Part shown: in pieces, positions 38,595 through 47,727 of the stretch
Layout: every line of letters starts with the position of its first letter
Numbering within the stretch: position 1 is the first letter of the stretch
IMG/VR virus record: IMGVR_UViG_3300032007_000067
Location: 13,218-77,217 of that record
Length of the DNA: 64,000 nucleotides
Reading direction: 5' to 3' (one strand)
DNA from: a virus
Lineage: Duplodnaviria > Caudoviricetes
Made by a program: the position numbers and the translations under genes
The notes under the pieces: generated by a model
What the model was told of the DNA's origin: nothing
What the model saw: the letters and a program-made list of their open reading frames with translations, nothing else
Database searches by the model: none

Positions 38595-39326
38595 TTACTT
38601 TATCCTTTTCAGCCCTGCATTAAACGAATCTCGGAATTTTCTTTGAACGTACTCATCCATGCTCTGTGAGTTAAGCGTTACCCCTGAATTGTATTTACCG
38701 AAATTGTTATCCACCATAAATCTTGTATAGTATCCCTGAAATTTCAGGCGTTTAATTTCAGTACCAAACGGGGCTACAAAAGCATAGTTGCTAATATAAA
38801 TAGTATAGCCGTTTTTGGACAGCGGTTGCAAGTCAGGATTAGACTGATTCGCCCTTTCTCGTGCGGTTGCCTCGGCTGTTGCAGAATGATACATAGAACT
38901 TCCGGTACTAGCCTGTGCAAGTGCTTTCAGATATCCTTTAGGGTTTTTGTAATACTTTCCGTGTATCTGATCGGCAGAATTTTTTGTAAGCGTAACATGC
39001 CATGAAAAAGCCGCATTACCGGTAGTCCCCCGTGTTTTGGCAATCAGATCCACGCAAATATCCACGGCGCATTTCAGCATTAACGCCCGAAGTTGTTTTC
39101 TGAATGATCTGCTTCCTTTTCCGAAAAGACGGGAACCTATTTTGTCTCCGAATACACTGGAATTGTAAAATGCACCTCTTGAAGAACGCCCGCCCCGCAA
39201 AAGATTCAAAGCCTGATCAAGTCTTGCAATCTGCCTTGCAACTTTTTCTTCTCCGGTGGTGGTGAATCTTATGGCATACACAATCCCCTGAGACTCACCT
39301 GTGTTAAGATCCTGTTTTACAGCCAT
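38595..39326 (-). CDS. putative neck/tail completion protein (HK97 gp10-like)
   Basis: TRGTTGNAAFSWHV resembles the gp10 xDTGxxxxSW motif; basic; start MAVKQD. Confidence 0.45.
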   Translation of the reverse strand: MAVKQDLNTGESQGIVYAIRFTTTGEEKVARQIARLDQALNLLRGGRSSRGAFYNSSVFGDKIGSRLFGKGSRSFRKQLRALMLKCAVDICVDLIAKTRGTTGNAAFSWHVTLTKNSADQIHGKYYKNPKGYLKALAQASTGSSMYHSATAEATARERANQSNPDLQPLSKNGYTIYISNYAFVAPFGTEIKRLKFQGYYTRFMVDNNFGKYNSGVTLNSQSMDEYVQRKFRDSFNAGLKRIK

Positions 39327-39360
39327 ATACACCTCATAAAAATACAAATATCCAAAAAAT

Positions 39361-39385
39361 AAAAAGGGATCATCCGATCCCTTTT
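39361..39385. terminator. bidirectional intrinsic terminator
   Basis: AAAAGGGAT-CATCCG-ATCCCTTTT. Confidence 0.7.
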
Positions 39386-39387
39386 AT

Positions 39388-39783
39388 TTACTTGCGTTTC
39401 TTGCTTTCTGCCTTTTCCCGTTCTTTTTTTGCCTCATCAGCAACACGGGCAAGATAGTGATCGTCAAGTCCGGTGACAAAATATATAAGATTGTCCTCGG
39501 TTTCGGGATCGCACCGGTAATGTCTTGAATATGTCAGAATACTTGTGAACGGTATTGCTGACGGAGAAAAACCGCTTGTACGATCTCTTGCAAGATCCTT
39601 AAAAGCCTGAAAATAGAAAAACATTTCATGTTTAAGTTCCGGCGGCGGTTTACTGAGTTCTGTTTGTATTTTCTCGCTAACCTTGCGTCCGAACCTTTTT
39701 GCCATTTCCACGGCTCTTATAAGATCCTGTCTTTTCTGACTCCCGCTGTCATAGCAGTAATCAAAAAACGCAATCAGTTTTTT
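39388..39783 (-). CDS. tail assembly chaperone GT, C-terminal (-1 frame) part
   Basis: Open frame from the slippery site (KLIAFFDY..AVEMAKRF..FKDLARDRTSGFSPSAIPF). Confidence 0.75.
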   Translation of the reverse strand, partial: KKLIAFFDYCYDSGSQKRQDLIRAVEMAKRFGRKVSEKIQTELSKPPPELKHEMFFYFQAFKDLARDRTSGFSPSAIPFTSILTYSRHYRCDPETEDNLIYFVTGLDDHYLARVADEAKKEREKAESKKRK

Positions 39784-40271
39784 AAGGCGTTCTCACGGTT
39801 TCCGATCAGGAAATTGCTCACATCGGAACTCTGCTTCATAAGCCACTGAGCGACCTCAATGAAATCCGGATCACACAAAAGTTCTTCTGCGGCGTTCTTG
39901 CTGAACGGAACCTCTTTACATACCGGAATCCCGTTTTCATCGCAGATATAAGCACCGGTCTTTTCATCAACCTCGGCAGGTTCCTTGATATTACGCCAAT
40001 CCACAAGAAAGTGGTTTATATACGCCTTGAACAAACGCCTGTTTGCATCAACAAACTGAGCGGCGTCCGGAGTATCAGCCTTTGCAAGTTTCTGCAACTG
40101 AGCAAGGATCGGAGTGATCTGCGCCTGATAAGCACGTTCGTACACGGTAATACGCTTAACCTTAAATTCCGGCTTGGTTCCATCATCATTGACCGCATCT
40201 TCAAAAGTTACCCAAACGCCGGACGCTTCGGAGTTTTTGTTGGTCTTGTATTTGCTTAAAAGTCCACCCAT
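39774..40271 (-). CDS. tail assembly chaperone G
   Basis: Follows the tail tube gene; GVWV..FKVKR..DWRNI..VPFSK pattern; ends TTA AAA AAC TGA. Confidence 0.8.
   Translation of the reverse strand: MGGLLSKYKTNKNSEASGVWVTFEDAVNDDGTKPEFKVKRITVYERAYQAQITPILAQLQKLAKADTPDAAQFVDANRRLFKAYINHFLVDWRNIKEPAEVDEKTGAYICDENGIPVCKEVPFSKNAAEELLCDPDFIEVAQWLMKQSSDVSNFLIGNRENALKN
39777..39783 (-). promoter_or_regulatory. -1 programmed ribosomal frameshift heptamer A AAA AAC
   Basis: X XXY YYZ immediately before the stop; the -1 frame is open into 39388..39711. Confidence 0.8.
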
Positions 40272-40357
40272 TTTTTATTCCTTTATTTTACAAAATTAAG
40301 GGAGATAACACAAACACAATCATTATAACACATTTCATTTTTATTTGAACAAATAAT

Positions 40358-40382
40358 AAAAAAAGGGGCATTTCTACCCCTT
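40358..40382 (-). terminator. intrinsic terminator after the tail tube gene
   Basis: GGGGTA-GAAA-TGCCCC plus T run. Confidence 0.75.
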
Positions 40383-40406
40383 ACTCTTTTTTTTATTTAT
40401 ACAGCT

Positions 40407-41930
40407 TTATCCGAGAATATTGTGGTTAGTGGCCATAGCAACATCCGGCAGATAACGGAAGTTCTGGAAAGCAAAGGTATAGCCGTACTTAGACTTAGCA
40501 CCGTTTGCAGTCAGATCCATGGTGATAGGTTCTCCTTCAGATACGCTAGGAATACTAGATCCCATACCCATCATCGGAATATCGAATATAATTCCTTCAT
40601 TGTTGCGGCTCATAATTACCTGCATACCAACGTCAACATTGTTCTGCATGGCGGTTATAGCTTCAACGTCTGAAAAATAAACTGAGGGACTTGCCGTACA
40701 ATCGAATTTGCCCACAGCCACATCAAACGCCCCCAAAACTCCAACAGCCTTCTGAGGAGAGGTGTTGTTGTTGATTGAGATATTACCGGAACTCATGTAG
40801 GCAAACAAAGGATCGGGCTTGGTGGTTTCAGCGTCAGCGTCAACGATTGACAGACAGGCAAGGTACACTTCATTAGCGTTGTTGTAACCCTTTTCGTCCC
40901 ACGGTTCCAAACGGGTTCCGGTGGCGAGAGTGCCCTTCTTTGTGTAGAACCGGCAACCGGTAAAGGTGTACTGGATCTTGGAAAGAGCGGAGTTTTCAAC
41001 GGTAATGGTCATTTCAGAAGGAACACATCCGGACACATAAGAAGCCTGCGGAGTAGTCTGTTCCTGATCGGCGTAACCAAGACGTTCCTCAATGGTGTAG
41101 GTGGTGCGCTTGATCTTGTCAATATCCTTTTCGTTGTGAATGGTGATACCCCAGTAAATATCAACGGTAGTAGCGGCTTCGGCGGTCAGGGCGGTGCTAT
41201 TGGTAGTAAAATCAAGCACGAGACCATCTTCCTCGATCTTACCGACACGGGCAAAGAAAGTACCGTTATCGGAGAACTTATTGCTATCCCCGCCGACAAA
41301 GATCCACTGACCGGGTTCAAGACCGAGTTCATCAGCGTCGGTGAAATTCAGTTTAACGTTTCCAACTACAGAAATGCTTGCGGAAACTTCACAACCGACA
41401 ACTTCAAGCCAGCCGTTACCCACATCTTCAGCGGTAACACCACTTGCGGAAATTACACCGGAATCAATGGCAGTAACCTTTTTCACACCGTTATTACCGG
41501 CGGTTTCAAAACCGGAAGCCTTGACAAGAGAACCTACTTTCAGACCGGTAACAGCGTAAGAGGTGTTGCCGAGAGTGTAAGTTCCCGAACCGGCGGTAAC
41601 AGTAGTGCCGGTAGTGTTCATAGGCTTGGTAGTCCACGGTTCATGAGCCTGAGCAAAGCAAAAACCCTGCATAAGTTCATTAGCGTTGTTCTGAGAAAGT
41701 TCCTGAGTGAAATCAGCACTTGCAGAAAGATCGGTGATAGCACCACGATTGTTCTGACGATCAGGCCGGATAATGGTGCGGGATGTCTGAGTGGTTTCGC
41801 CGCCCACATCACCGATCTCAGAAGGTTCAAGCTGTTGCCATACCGGAGTAACAGGCAGAGTATTCAGGCTTGCTTCCTTTGCCATGTAAAGACCCACGGA
41901 AGCGGAGTCAATTTTAAGTGTCTTAGTCAT
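40407..41930 (-). CDS. major tail (tube) protein
   Basis: 507 aa, R..IRPDRQNNRG..TD, YTIEE, high-expression codon usage, own promoter and terminator. Confidence 0.85.
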   Translation of the reverse strand: MTKTLKIDSASVGLYMAKEASLNTLPVTPVWQQLEPSEIGDVGGETTQTSRTIIRPDRQNNRGAITDLSASADFTQELSQNNANELMQGFCFAQAHEPWTTKPMNTTGTTVTAGSGTYTLGNTSYAVTGLKVGSLVKASGFETAGNNGVKKVTAIDSGVISASGVTAEDVGNGWLEVVGCEVSASISVVGNVKLNFTDADELGLEPGQWIFVGGDSNKFSDNGTFFARVGKIEEDGLVLDFTTNSTALTAEAATTVDIYWGITIHNEKDIDKIKRTTYTIEERLGYADQEQTTPQASYVSGCVPSEMTITVENSALSKIQYTFTGCRFYTKKGTLATGTRLEPWDEKGYNNANEVYLACLSIVDADAETTKPDPLFAYMSSGNISINNNTSPQKAVGVLGAFDVAVGKFDCTASPSVYFSDVEAITAMQNNVDVGMQVIMSRNNEGIIFDIPMMGMGSSIPSVSEGEPITMDLTANGAKSKYGYTFAFQNFRYLPDVAMATNHNILG

Positions 41931-41974
41931 TTCAATGTCCTTTAGCTAAAAGAGGGAAAAAGAAAACAAAGCGT

Positions 41975-42003
41975 ATTATACATCAGAATATTTTTTGTTG
42001 CAA
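41975..42003 (-). promoter_or_regulatory. promoter of the tail tube gene
   Basis: TTGCAA-17 bp-TATAAT. Confidence 0.75.
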
Positions 42004-42052
42004 AACAGGCTAAATAAACCATGTGTAGCCTGAAAAATCATCAGTTGAAACA

Positions 42053-42490
42053 TCAGAAAATATAATCATAATCAAACCTCATTTTCACGATTATTCTGAA
42101 AAAATCCCGATAACGCTCATCATCTTCGGTAAAAGAAAAATCTGAAAAATTTATCTGACAGTCTGCGGGCGGTCTCCGGAACACATTCATAGTCCCCTGT
42201 GCAAGATCGTATGCAAGATCCATAGCGGTATTTGACGGAACATAAATACTCACGGTTACATACCCTGTCTGCCGGAATCTCCGCCGTCCTTCGGTTCCTG
42301 TCAGTGTAGCCTGATCCGCCATGACGTGAATGACATTGAGTTCGGCATACGGAACCTGATCATTCGGTGTTTTCATAGCCACGTTGTCATAACCGCATTT
42401 GTATTTAAGTTGCTGTCCCCAGTAGTTATTGAACAATGTTTTGATATAGTTTACGGCATCTTTTGTATTCATATTACCTTCCCAAACCAT
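42053..42490 (-). CDS. tail terminator/completion protein
   Basis: RRFRQTGYVTVSIYVP..; position before the tail tube. Confidence 0.7.
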   Translation of the reverse strand: MVWEGNMNTKDAVNYIKTLFNNYWGQQLKYKCGYDNVAMKTPNDQVPYAELNVIHVMADQATLTGTEGRRRFRQTGYVTVSIYVPSNTAMDLAYDLAQGTMNVFRRPPADCQINFSDFSFTEDDERYRDFFRIIVKMRFDYDYIF

Positions 42491-42926
42491 ACGAGAACAA
42501 TATCACCTTTTCAGCCGGTTTCATGGTATCGGAGAAATACACCTTGTATCTTACCGTATTCTGCCCGCTCACGTCCTTTGCGAGAATATGTGTAGCCTCA
42601 GATAAATCAACAATCGCTCCGTTTTCATCATAAACCGGCAAAACAAAGCATGACAGTTTATCGGTCAGCATGTCCTTGTCAAAGGTACTGTGAAAGCCGA
42701 AACGGGTTCCCTGAAAGTAAATACCCCGTACAGGCGGCATGATAACTCCGGTTGTTTTGTATGACTTAATCTTTTCCGGTTCTTCGGGATCGGGCGGAGT
42801 GATACGGAACGGCGCATCAGAATCCCCCGGATCAAGACCGAGAACAATTTCAACTTCGGTTCCGTATTTTGTAATCAGTTTTTTCGCCATGTTTACATAT
42901 TTGACGTAATCTTCTTTCTGTGCCAT
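42474..42926 (-). CDS. head closure/stopper protein (putative)
   Basis: AKKLITKYG N-terminus; position after the adaptor. Confidence 0.6.
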   Translation of the reverse strand: MAQKEDYVKYVNMAKKLITKYGTEVEIVLGLDPGDSDAPFRITPPDPEEPEKIKSYKTTGVIMPPVRGIYFQGTRFGFHSTFDKDMLTDKLSCFVLPVYDENGAIVDLSEATHILAKDVSGQNTVRYKVYFSDTMKPAEKVILFSYGLGR

Positions 42927-42978
42927 AGTCTCCGCCTTTGACGTATTCGGGAAATTGTTTTGTTCATATCAGACCCGT

Positions 42979-43542
42979 TTAATTCCGGATACAGCGCATA
43001 ACATTGGTCTGTTTCAGAAGTCTTGCAATAAGGCTGTCTGCAAGGGTGTAGGTTGCCCACAAAGAACCCTCGGCAGAACCCGGATTAAAGTATTCGGTAT
43101 CAGTCTGCAAGGTTCCCACCTGTTCTTTCTTGCGTTTGATACGATCTCCGGTTTCGGTGGTTTCATAATTGACCGCAAGGCTCATTGTTTCCCCGTCAAC
43201 GGCAATAGCATATTCACAGGCTGCCATTAGAAGCGGAGCGGGCATAATCGGAACGGTTGTTTTCTTACCGCTTATCGGATCAGTCTCAGTTCGTGTCCAT
43301 TCGTCACGGGGGAATTCAAGTGTCTGATCAGCATAAAACTTATCTCCTTTAAACTGTCCGAACCACCTTGCATCAATATACTGAGTAGCAACGATTATTC
43401 TGCTTTGTTTTGCGGTTGTGGTCAGTTCTCCCCATGAGGTAATACCCCGATTTTCAAAATAAGCGTCAGCGTATTCCACGCTTACATAGGCGTTAGCACC
43501 TGAAACGTCTGTTCCGTCCTCTACAATAAATTCAACAGTCAT
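42979..43542 (-). CDS. head-tail adaptor (DnaT-like putative)
   Basis: EDGTDVSGANAYVSVEYADAYFENRG..W, ATQYID, QTLEFPR, VGTLQTDTEYF; start MTVEFI. Confidence 0.8.
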   Translation of the reverse strand: MTVEFIVEDGTDVSGANAYVSVEYADAYFENRGITSWGELTTTAKQSRIIVATQYIDARWFGQFKGDKFYADQTLEFPRDEWTRTETDPISGKKTTVPIMPAPLLMAACEYAIAVDGETMSLAVNYETTETGDRIKRKKEQVGTLQTDTEYFNPGSAEGSLWATYTLADSLIARLLKQTNVMRCIRN

Positions 43543-43601
43543 ACCCGCTCCGTCCACTTGCCGTTTAATGTTATCACGTATAAAAACAAAAACTGCGAAT
43601 A

Positions 43602-43630
43602 ATTATACCATTACTCGCAGTTTATCTCAA
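43602..43630 (-). promoter_or_regulatory. promoter of the neck genes
   Basis: TTGAGA-17 bp-TATAAT, overlapped by the inverted repeat AACTGCGA/TCGCAGTT. Confidence 0.65.
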
Positions 43631-43652
43631 AACGTTGCTAAGCTAAAACAGG

Positions 43653-44111
43653 TCAGTACCCGAATCTTTCTTTTGCAATTGCCAGTTTTTCCTCGTCCGT
43701 AAGAACGCATTTAAACGCATGGAACCGGTTTTTGAATCCGGTAAGTCCGTAATTGGTTTCGATTACATCCACCGTACACCCGAATTTCAGTCCGTAAAGT
43801 TTCTGAGTATTAATTGTGCCGTTCTGACATTCCGCATTGAACAGTTCTTCTCCCAGACAGGCTTTGAATATCTGATTGCGTATGCTATTGCCTATTGCAA
43901 CCAGTCTTTTATTTTCAGAACTGTAAACCGTTTCGATCTTACAGGTCTCACCGATCTTGCTTTCATCATCAGCTTTCAGAACTTTGCAGACAATTTCTAC
44001 AATTTTATCATCGCTGGCGAACCCGTCCCGAACGTATTCAAGAACATACTCCCCCGCCGGTAAAGGATCTTTGAGATCATCACTGAGATCAAAACTTGTG
44101 TTAATTTTCAT
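43653..44111 (-). CDS. hypothetical protein (DUF669-like fold possible)
   Basis: DPLPAGEYVLE.. pattern. Confidence 0.55.
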   Translation of the reverse strand: MKINTSFDLSDDLKDPLPAGEYVLEYVRDGFASDDKIVEIVCKVLKADDESKIGETCKIETVYSSENKRLVAIGNSIRNQIFKACLGEELFNAECQNGTINTQKLYGLKFGCTVDVIETNYGLTGFKNRFHAFKCVLTDEEKLAIAKERFGY

Positions 44112-44764
44112 AATTCGTGCTCCTGTTTCATGCGTTTTTCGGCGTCAATTCTTTCAGCAATTTTATCTGCCATGTGTGTGATACGCTCTGCAAATTTATC
44201 TGTCCCGTCATTGTCAACCTTGTAAACATATTCCCATTGCAACACCTTTCTTGCCTTTGTGTTATCCGCAATCTGCCGATGTCCCGCAAGAACGAACTCA
44301 TACATTTTGAGCCATTCACCTTGCTTCCATGAATCATCGATCCGGTTTCGATTGTCTCTTTTGTCTAAAAACCCTTTCCGGTCATATTCCGGTGTTGGAC
44401 GAATGTAAAAGAGTTCATGCGGTAAAGTACATTCTTCAATATGTGGTAACAATTCCGGATGAAGTGTCAATACGTCCTGATAAACAAGAGTGCTGAGACT
44501 GTACCGGTCTTGCAGAACCACATCAAACTCTTTCAGTCTTGCTTGCAAAGGTGAGTTCATGTAGCGTCTTGCGATCAATACGGTAAAAAGCTGAGACAGT
44601 TGATCCCGATTGTGAATGACAATATCTTTCAATTTCTGAGTAAAGGAAGATTTCCAGTCGTTCTCCGTTGTCACCAAATAACCTTTGTCGGTAAGAATTT
44701 TTTCAATCATTTTGATTGCCATTGTTTTACCAACACAATCAATTCCTTCAAACGCTATCAGCAT
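44108..44764 (-). CDS. tmk: thymidylate (dTMP) kinase
   Basis: LIAFEGIDCVGKT P-loop, VLQDRYSLSTLVYQ motif. Confidence 0.85.
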   Translation of the reverse strand: MLIAFEGIDCVGKTMAIKMIEKILTDKGYLVTTENDWKSSFTQKLKDIVIHNRDQLSQLFTVLIARRYMNSPLQARLKEFDVVLQDRYSLSTLVYQDVLTLHPELLPHIEECTLPHELFYIRPTPEYDRKGFLDKRDNRNRIDDSWKQGEWLKMYEFVLAGHRQIADNTKARKVLQWEYVYKVDNDGTDKFAERITHMADKIAERIDAEKRMKQEHEL

Positions 44765-44784
44765 ATTATCCTCCCTGTTAAGAA

Positions 44785-45054
44785 TTATGCTATGAACGCA
44801 CCATCGCCTTTCTTAAATTTTGCATCGCACTCGATCAGAGCGTTTAACAAAACCTTGTGTCTTGACAGCAGAACAATACATGCGTCAAGCAATGCGTTGT
44901 TTTTCACTTCTTTTACTCCGCACTGATTTTTCACAAGACATTTATGAGAATACTCATTCCGGAAAGCGGTAAGATCGTTCACAAGACTTTCGGTAATACT
45001 TATCTCCTTTTTAAGGTGTTCGATCTTCTGTTCTCTTGTCATGTTTTCAGCCAT
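44785..45054 (-). CDS. hypothetical protein
   Basis: 89-aa ORF, AGAGG SD. Confidence 0.6.
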   Translation of the reverse strand: MAENMTREQKIEHLKKEISITESLVNDLTAFRNEYSHKCLVKNQCGVKEVKNNALLDACIVLLSRHKVLLNALIECDAKFKKGDGAFIA

Positions 45055-45161
45055 TAAAAACCTCTTGTCAATATTGTAAAACCTGTTGACTTTTGTCAGT
45101 CAGATAAAGCAGATACAGTTTAATCCCGCTTTGTATTTTTCGCAAAACTTTTATTGTTTTA

Positions 45162-45177
45162 TGTGATAACTGTCACA
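45162..45177. promoter_or_regulatory. CRP consensus box
   Basis: TGTGA-TAACTG-TCACA, 10/10, intergenic, upstream of TTGCGA-17-TAAACT (45145-45117, minus strand). Confidence 0.6.
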
Positions 45178-45195
45178 TGATTTCATTACGGCAAT

Positions 45196-45223
45196 AAAAA
45201 AGCCGGTCAGGAGGATAACCGGC
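45196..45223 (-). terminator. intrinsic terminator
   Basis: GCCGGT-TATCCTCCTG-ACCGGC-TTTTTT. Confidence 0.75.
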
Positions 45224-45274
45224 AAAAACGCTAAACAAGGAGTTAATAATCCGCAACGATTATGAACGTAAACA

Positions 45275-45303
45275 ATACTAGCAGATATTTATCACCATGT
45301 CAA
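45275..45303 (-). promoter_or_regulatory. sigma70-type promoter
   Basis: TTGACA-17 bp-TAGTAT. Confidence 0.6.
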
Positions 45304-45519
45304 TTAATCCCGATTCTTTTTATTGCCAAGCTGATAAACAATCATACATGACGCAATATCCACAAGCATCTGATCGGTTCTTGTTCCCATAGCAAGCATG
45401 ACTAATTTTTGTTTCAAGGAGTTTTCAATCTGACTTTGAGACACTCGCTGTTTCATCAGATACAAAGCGTTTTCTTTGATGGCGTCCGTATATTCTGCAA
45501 CATCATTTTCCCTTGCCAT
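45304..45519 (-). CDS. small hypothetical protein
   Basis: 71-aa ORF directly after 45521..46084. Confidence 0.65.
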   Translation of the reverse strand: MARENDVAEYTDAIKENALYLMKQRVSQSQIENSLKQKLVMLAMGTRTDQMLVDIASCMIVYQLGNKKNRD

Positions 45520-45520
45520 A

Positions 45521-46084
45521 TCAGTTTATCCCCAAAGCGTTCATGTCAATATCGGGTTCACTGACGGTGGATTCATGATGGTTGTCAATATTTTCAAGCA
45601 TTTCCACCCCGCATAAAGCCGACAGTTTACTCACTCTGCTGTCCTGTATCTGAGCGGTATAAACGTTCGCCCGTCTCCATTCATTCCCGCTTATCATCTG
45701 CGGAGTGAACTGAGCGTTATTTTTTGTGCTGAACCACTGATAAAGCACCCGAACGGGACGTTCTGTTTCAACCCTCGGACGCTTTATGCCTTCAACAACG
45801 TAAATGAATACCTTGCCGTTTGAGTTCGGAAAATCATGGTTCCAGTAGTCGGTGATCTGCACAAACTGAGGATCGGGAACTTCAACACTGGCGTCATTTG
45901 CCGACTTAACCAGTCTCCACGTCTTTCCGTCAGAATCTTTAAATTCCCGTGTGATATTGAAGTTCATCATTTGCCTGAGACCGAGAATACCCACAGTTTG
46001 CATATTCATCTGAATATCGGTACTGGTATTCCCGGTCAGTCCGGGTATGGTATTTACAAGCGCATTGTAATTATTTGCCGTCAT
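45521..46084 (-). CDS. hypothetical protein
   Basis: 187-aa ORF overlapping the upstream gene. Confidence 0.7.
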   Translation of the reverse strand: MTANNYNALVNTIPGLTGNTSTDIQMNMQTVGILGLRQMMNFNITREFKDSDGKTWRLVKSANDASVEVPDPQFVQITDYWNHDFPNSNGKVFIYVVEGIKRPRVETERPVRVLYQWFSTKNNAQFTPQMISGNEWRRANVYTAQIQDSRVSKLSALCGVEMLENIDNHHESTVSEPDIDMNALGIN

Positions 46085-46418
46085 GCTTATAAAGTCTCCA
46101 TGCGTTCAATAAAGCTACTGAAAGATGGTAAATATTTTCTTCCCATCCTTTCATATCGCCTATTTTAGCACACTTCATAAGTTCGTCATATTCCATCTTG
46201 ATAATATCATTTGCCCCAACAATATTCTTAGCGTATGCTTTCCATGTTTCGGGACGGTTTTCATCAACTTCATGACAATGCTTCATGTATTCCCAATCCG
46301 GATTACTTTCGTTATCACATGGATCATTGTTCTTTGCAACGGTTTTAACATTGCTTTCATGATCGCTGTGATGAGCGTCAGTGTGTTTAACAACTACAAT
46401 TCCTCGTATCATACACAT
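46071..46418 (-). CDS. hypothetical protein
   Basis: 115-aa ORF, His-rich N-terminus, GAGG SD. Confidence 0.65.
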   Translation of the reverse strand: MCMIRGIVVVKHTDAHHSDHESNVKTVAKNNDPCDNESNPDWEYMKHCHEVDENRPETWKAYAKNIVGANDIIKMEYDELMKCAKIGDMKGWEENIYHLSVALLNAWRLYKHDGK

Positions 46419-46440
46419 ACCCTCATTCTATCCAGTTACT

Positions 46441-46464
46441 AAAAAAGGGGATTACTCCCCTTTC
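46441..46464 (-). terminator. intrinsic terminator
   Basis: AAAGGGGA-GTAA-TCCCCTTTTTT. Confidence 0.75.
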
Positions 46465-46480
46465 TCTATCTTCGTTCCAA

Positions 46481-47218
46481 TTACGCCCCTGCGGTAGTAG
46501 TGGCAGGTTTCAGTGCATTGATAATGGTAGTTACCGCATTACCAAGTGCCTGAGTAGTGAAGATCTGATTAGCAAGAACCGCCTCACGGGCACGAGACTG
46601 ATTCAGTTCATCAACCTTGTTCTGATACTGGATCTCTCTCTGAAGTTCACGATTTGCACAACCCTCACGCTCAATAGCAGTCTTTACCTCACAACAACAA
46701 GCCTGTTGCTGAGAAGCCAACTGCTGTGCCTGTAAGCGAGACTGATACCCCTGTTCGGTAATGTTGTTATTCAGAACGCCAACACCCTGATTGATAGTAG
46801 TATTTACACCACCAAAACCCTGACACATAGCAAGGTTAGTAGCACCCTGAGTCTGAGTCTGAGTAAGAGTATTCTGAAAAATTCCGGCCTGAGTATCACG
46901 AGCATTTGCATTGATAGCACCAACGATAGCGTCACCAGTGTTATTTACAAGATTGCCTACAAACTGATTACTGTTAGCAGTCTGCATCAGAAGGTCACGA
47001 TCAGCGTTAGCGATCTGAGTCTGAACATTGCCAAGCTGATTAGCGATACCGTTGATTGCTCCGGTATCATAGCCGACACCAGCACGATTACCACCCCAGC
47101 CACCAAAACCATTACCAAACAAAGCACCGCCGATAATACCGCCGATGAATCCTGAGCCAAGACCGCCGAATCCCATTCCGGACGGCTGATCAAGGATAGT
47201 ATGAGTTACTTCGTCCAT
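46481..47218 (-). CDS. Gly-rich/Gln-rich protein with CCC motif (function unknown)
   Basis: GLGSGFIGGIIGGALFGNGFGGWGG N-terminus, Q/N-rich body, QQQACCCEVK; own promoter and terminator. Confidence 0.8.
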   Translation of the reverse strand: MDEVTHTILDQPSGMGFGGLGSGFIGGIIGGALFGNGFGGWGGNRAGVGYDTGAINGIANQLGNVQTQIANADRDLLMQTANSNQFVGNLVNNTGDAIVGAINANARDTQAGIFQNTLTQTQTQGATNLAMCQGFGGVNTTINQGVGVLNNNITEQGYQSRLQAQQLASQQQACCCEVKTAIEREGCANRELQREIQYQNKVDELNQSRAREAVLANQIFTTQALGNAVTTIINALKPATTTAGA

Positions 47219-47240
47219 TTTGCAATCCTTAATAAAAATT

Positions 47241-47265
47241 AAAAAACCGTATCTTTTGGATACGG
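47241..47265 (-). terminator. intrinsic terminator
   Basis: CCGTATC-CAAAA-GATACGG-TTTTTT. Confidence 0.7.
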
Positions 47266-47269
47266 CTAT

Positions 47270-47298
47270 ATTTTATACTGATACTGAGATCAATGCAA
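47270..47298 (-). promoter_or_regulatory. sigma70-type promoter
   Basis: TTGCAT-17 bp-TAAAAT. Confidence 0.6.
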
Positions 47299-47312
47299 AA
47301 TGGGTATAAAAA

Positions 47313-47561
47313 CTATGCTAATATGACAACAAGCAAAAAAGAATTATCATCAATGCAAAAAGTCATACCTTCGTCATTGGTGGCGTCTCTGTCAAGAAAA
47401 CATTCAACATGAAAGGAATCACAGACATCTTCAATCATTCTCACAACATCATCGGCAGATTCATATTCATTGCTGTCAACGGTAAGTTCAACGTTATCTT
47501 CATCATCGGTTCTCACGTAACCCTTGCGACATAAGGCTGAAACAAACCTGTCATACAGCAT
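47313..47561 (-). CDS. small acidic hypothetical protein
   Basis: Start reassigned to MLYDRF after GAGGTG SD. Confidence 0.6.
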   Translation of the reverse strand: MLYDRFVSALCRKGYVRTDDEDNVELTVDSNEYESADDVVRMIEDVCDSFHVECFLDRDATNDEGMTFCIDDNSFLLVVILA

Positions 47562-47727
47562 AAAACACCTCGCAATAAAATATTTCAAACATTAAAAATG
47601 CAGACAGGCGATAATGAATTTATGCAACGGGATCTGTTGCACACTACCTGTCTGCTCCTTTCACCAATAGAGAATGTAAAGCAATTATAACACATTCTCA
47701 TAAAACACAACACCAAGCTTCTGTAAT

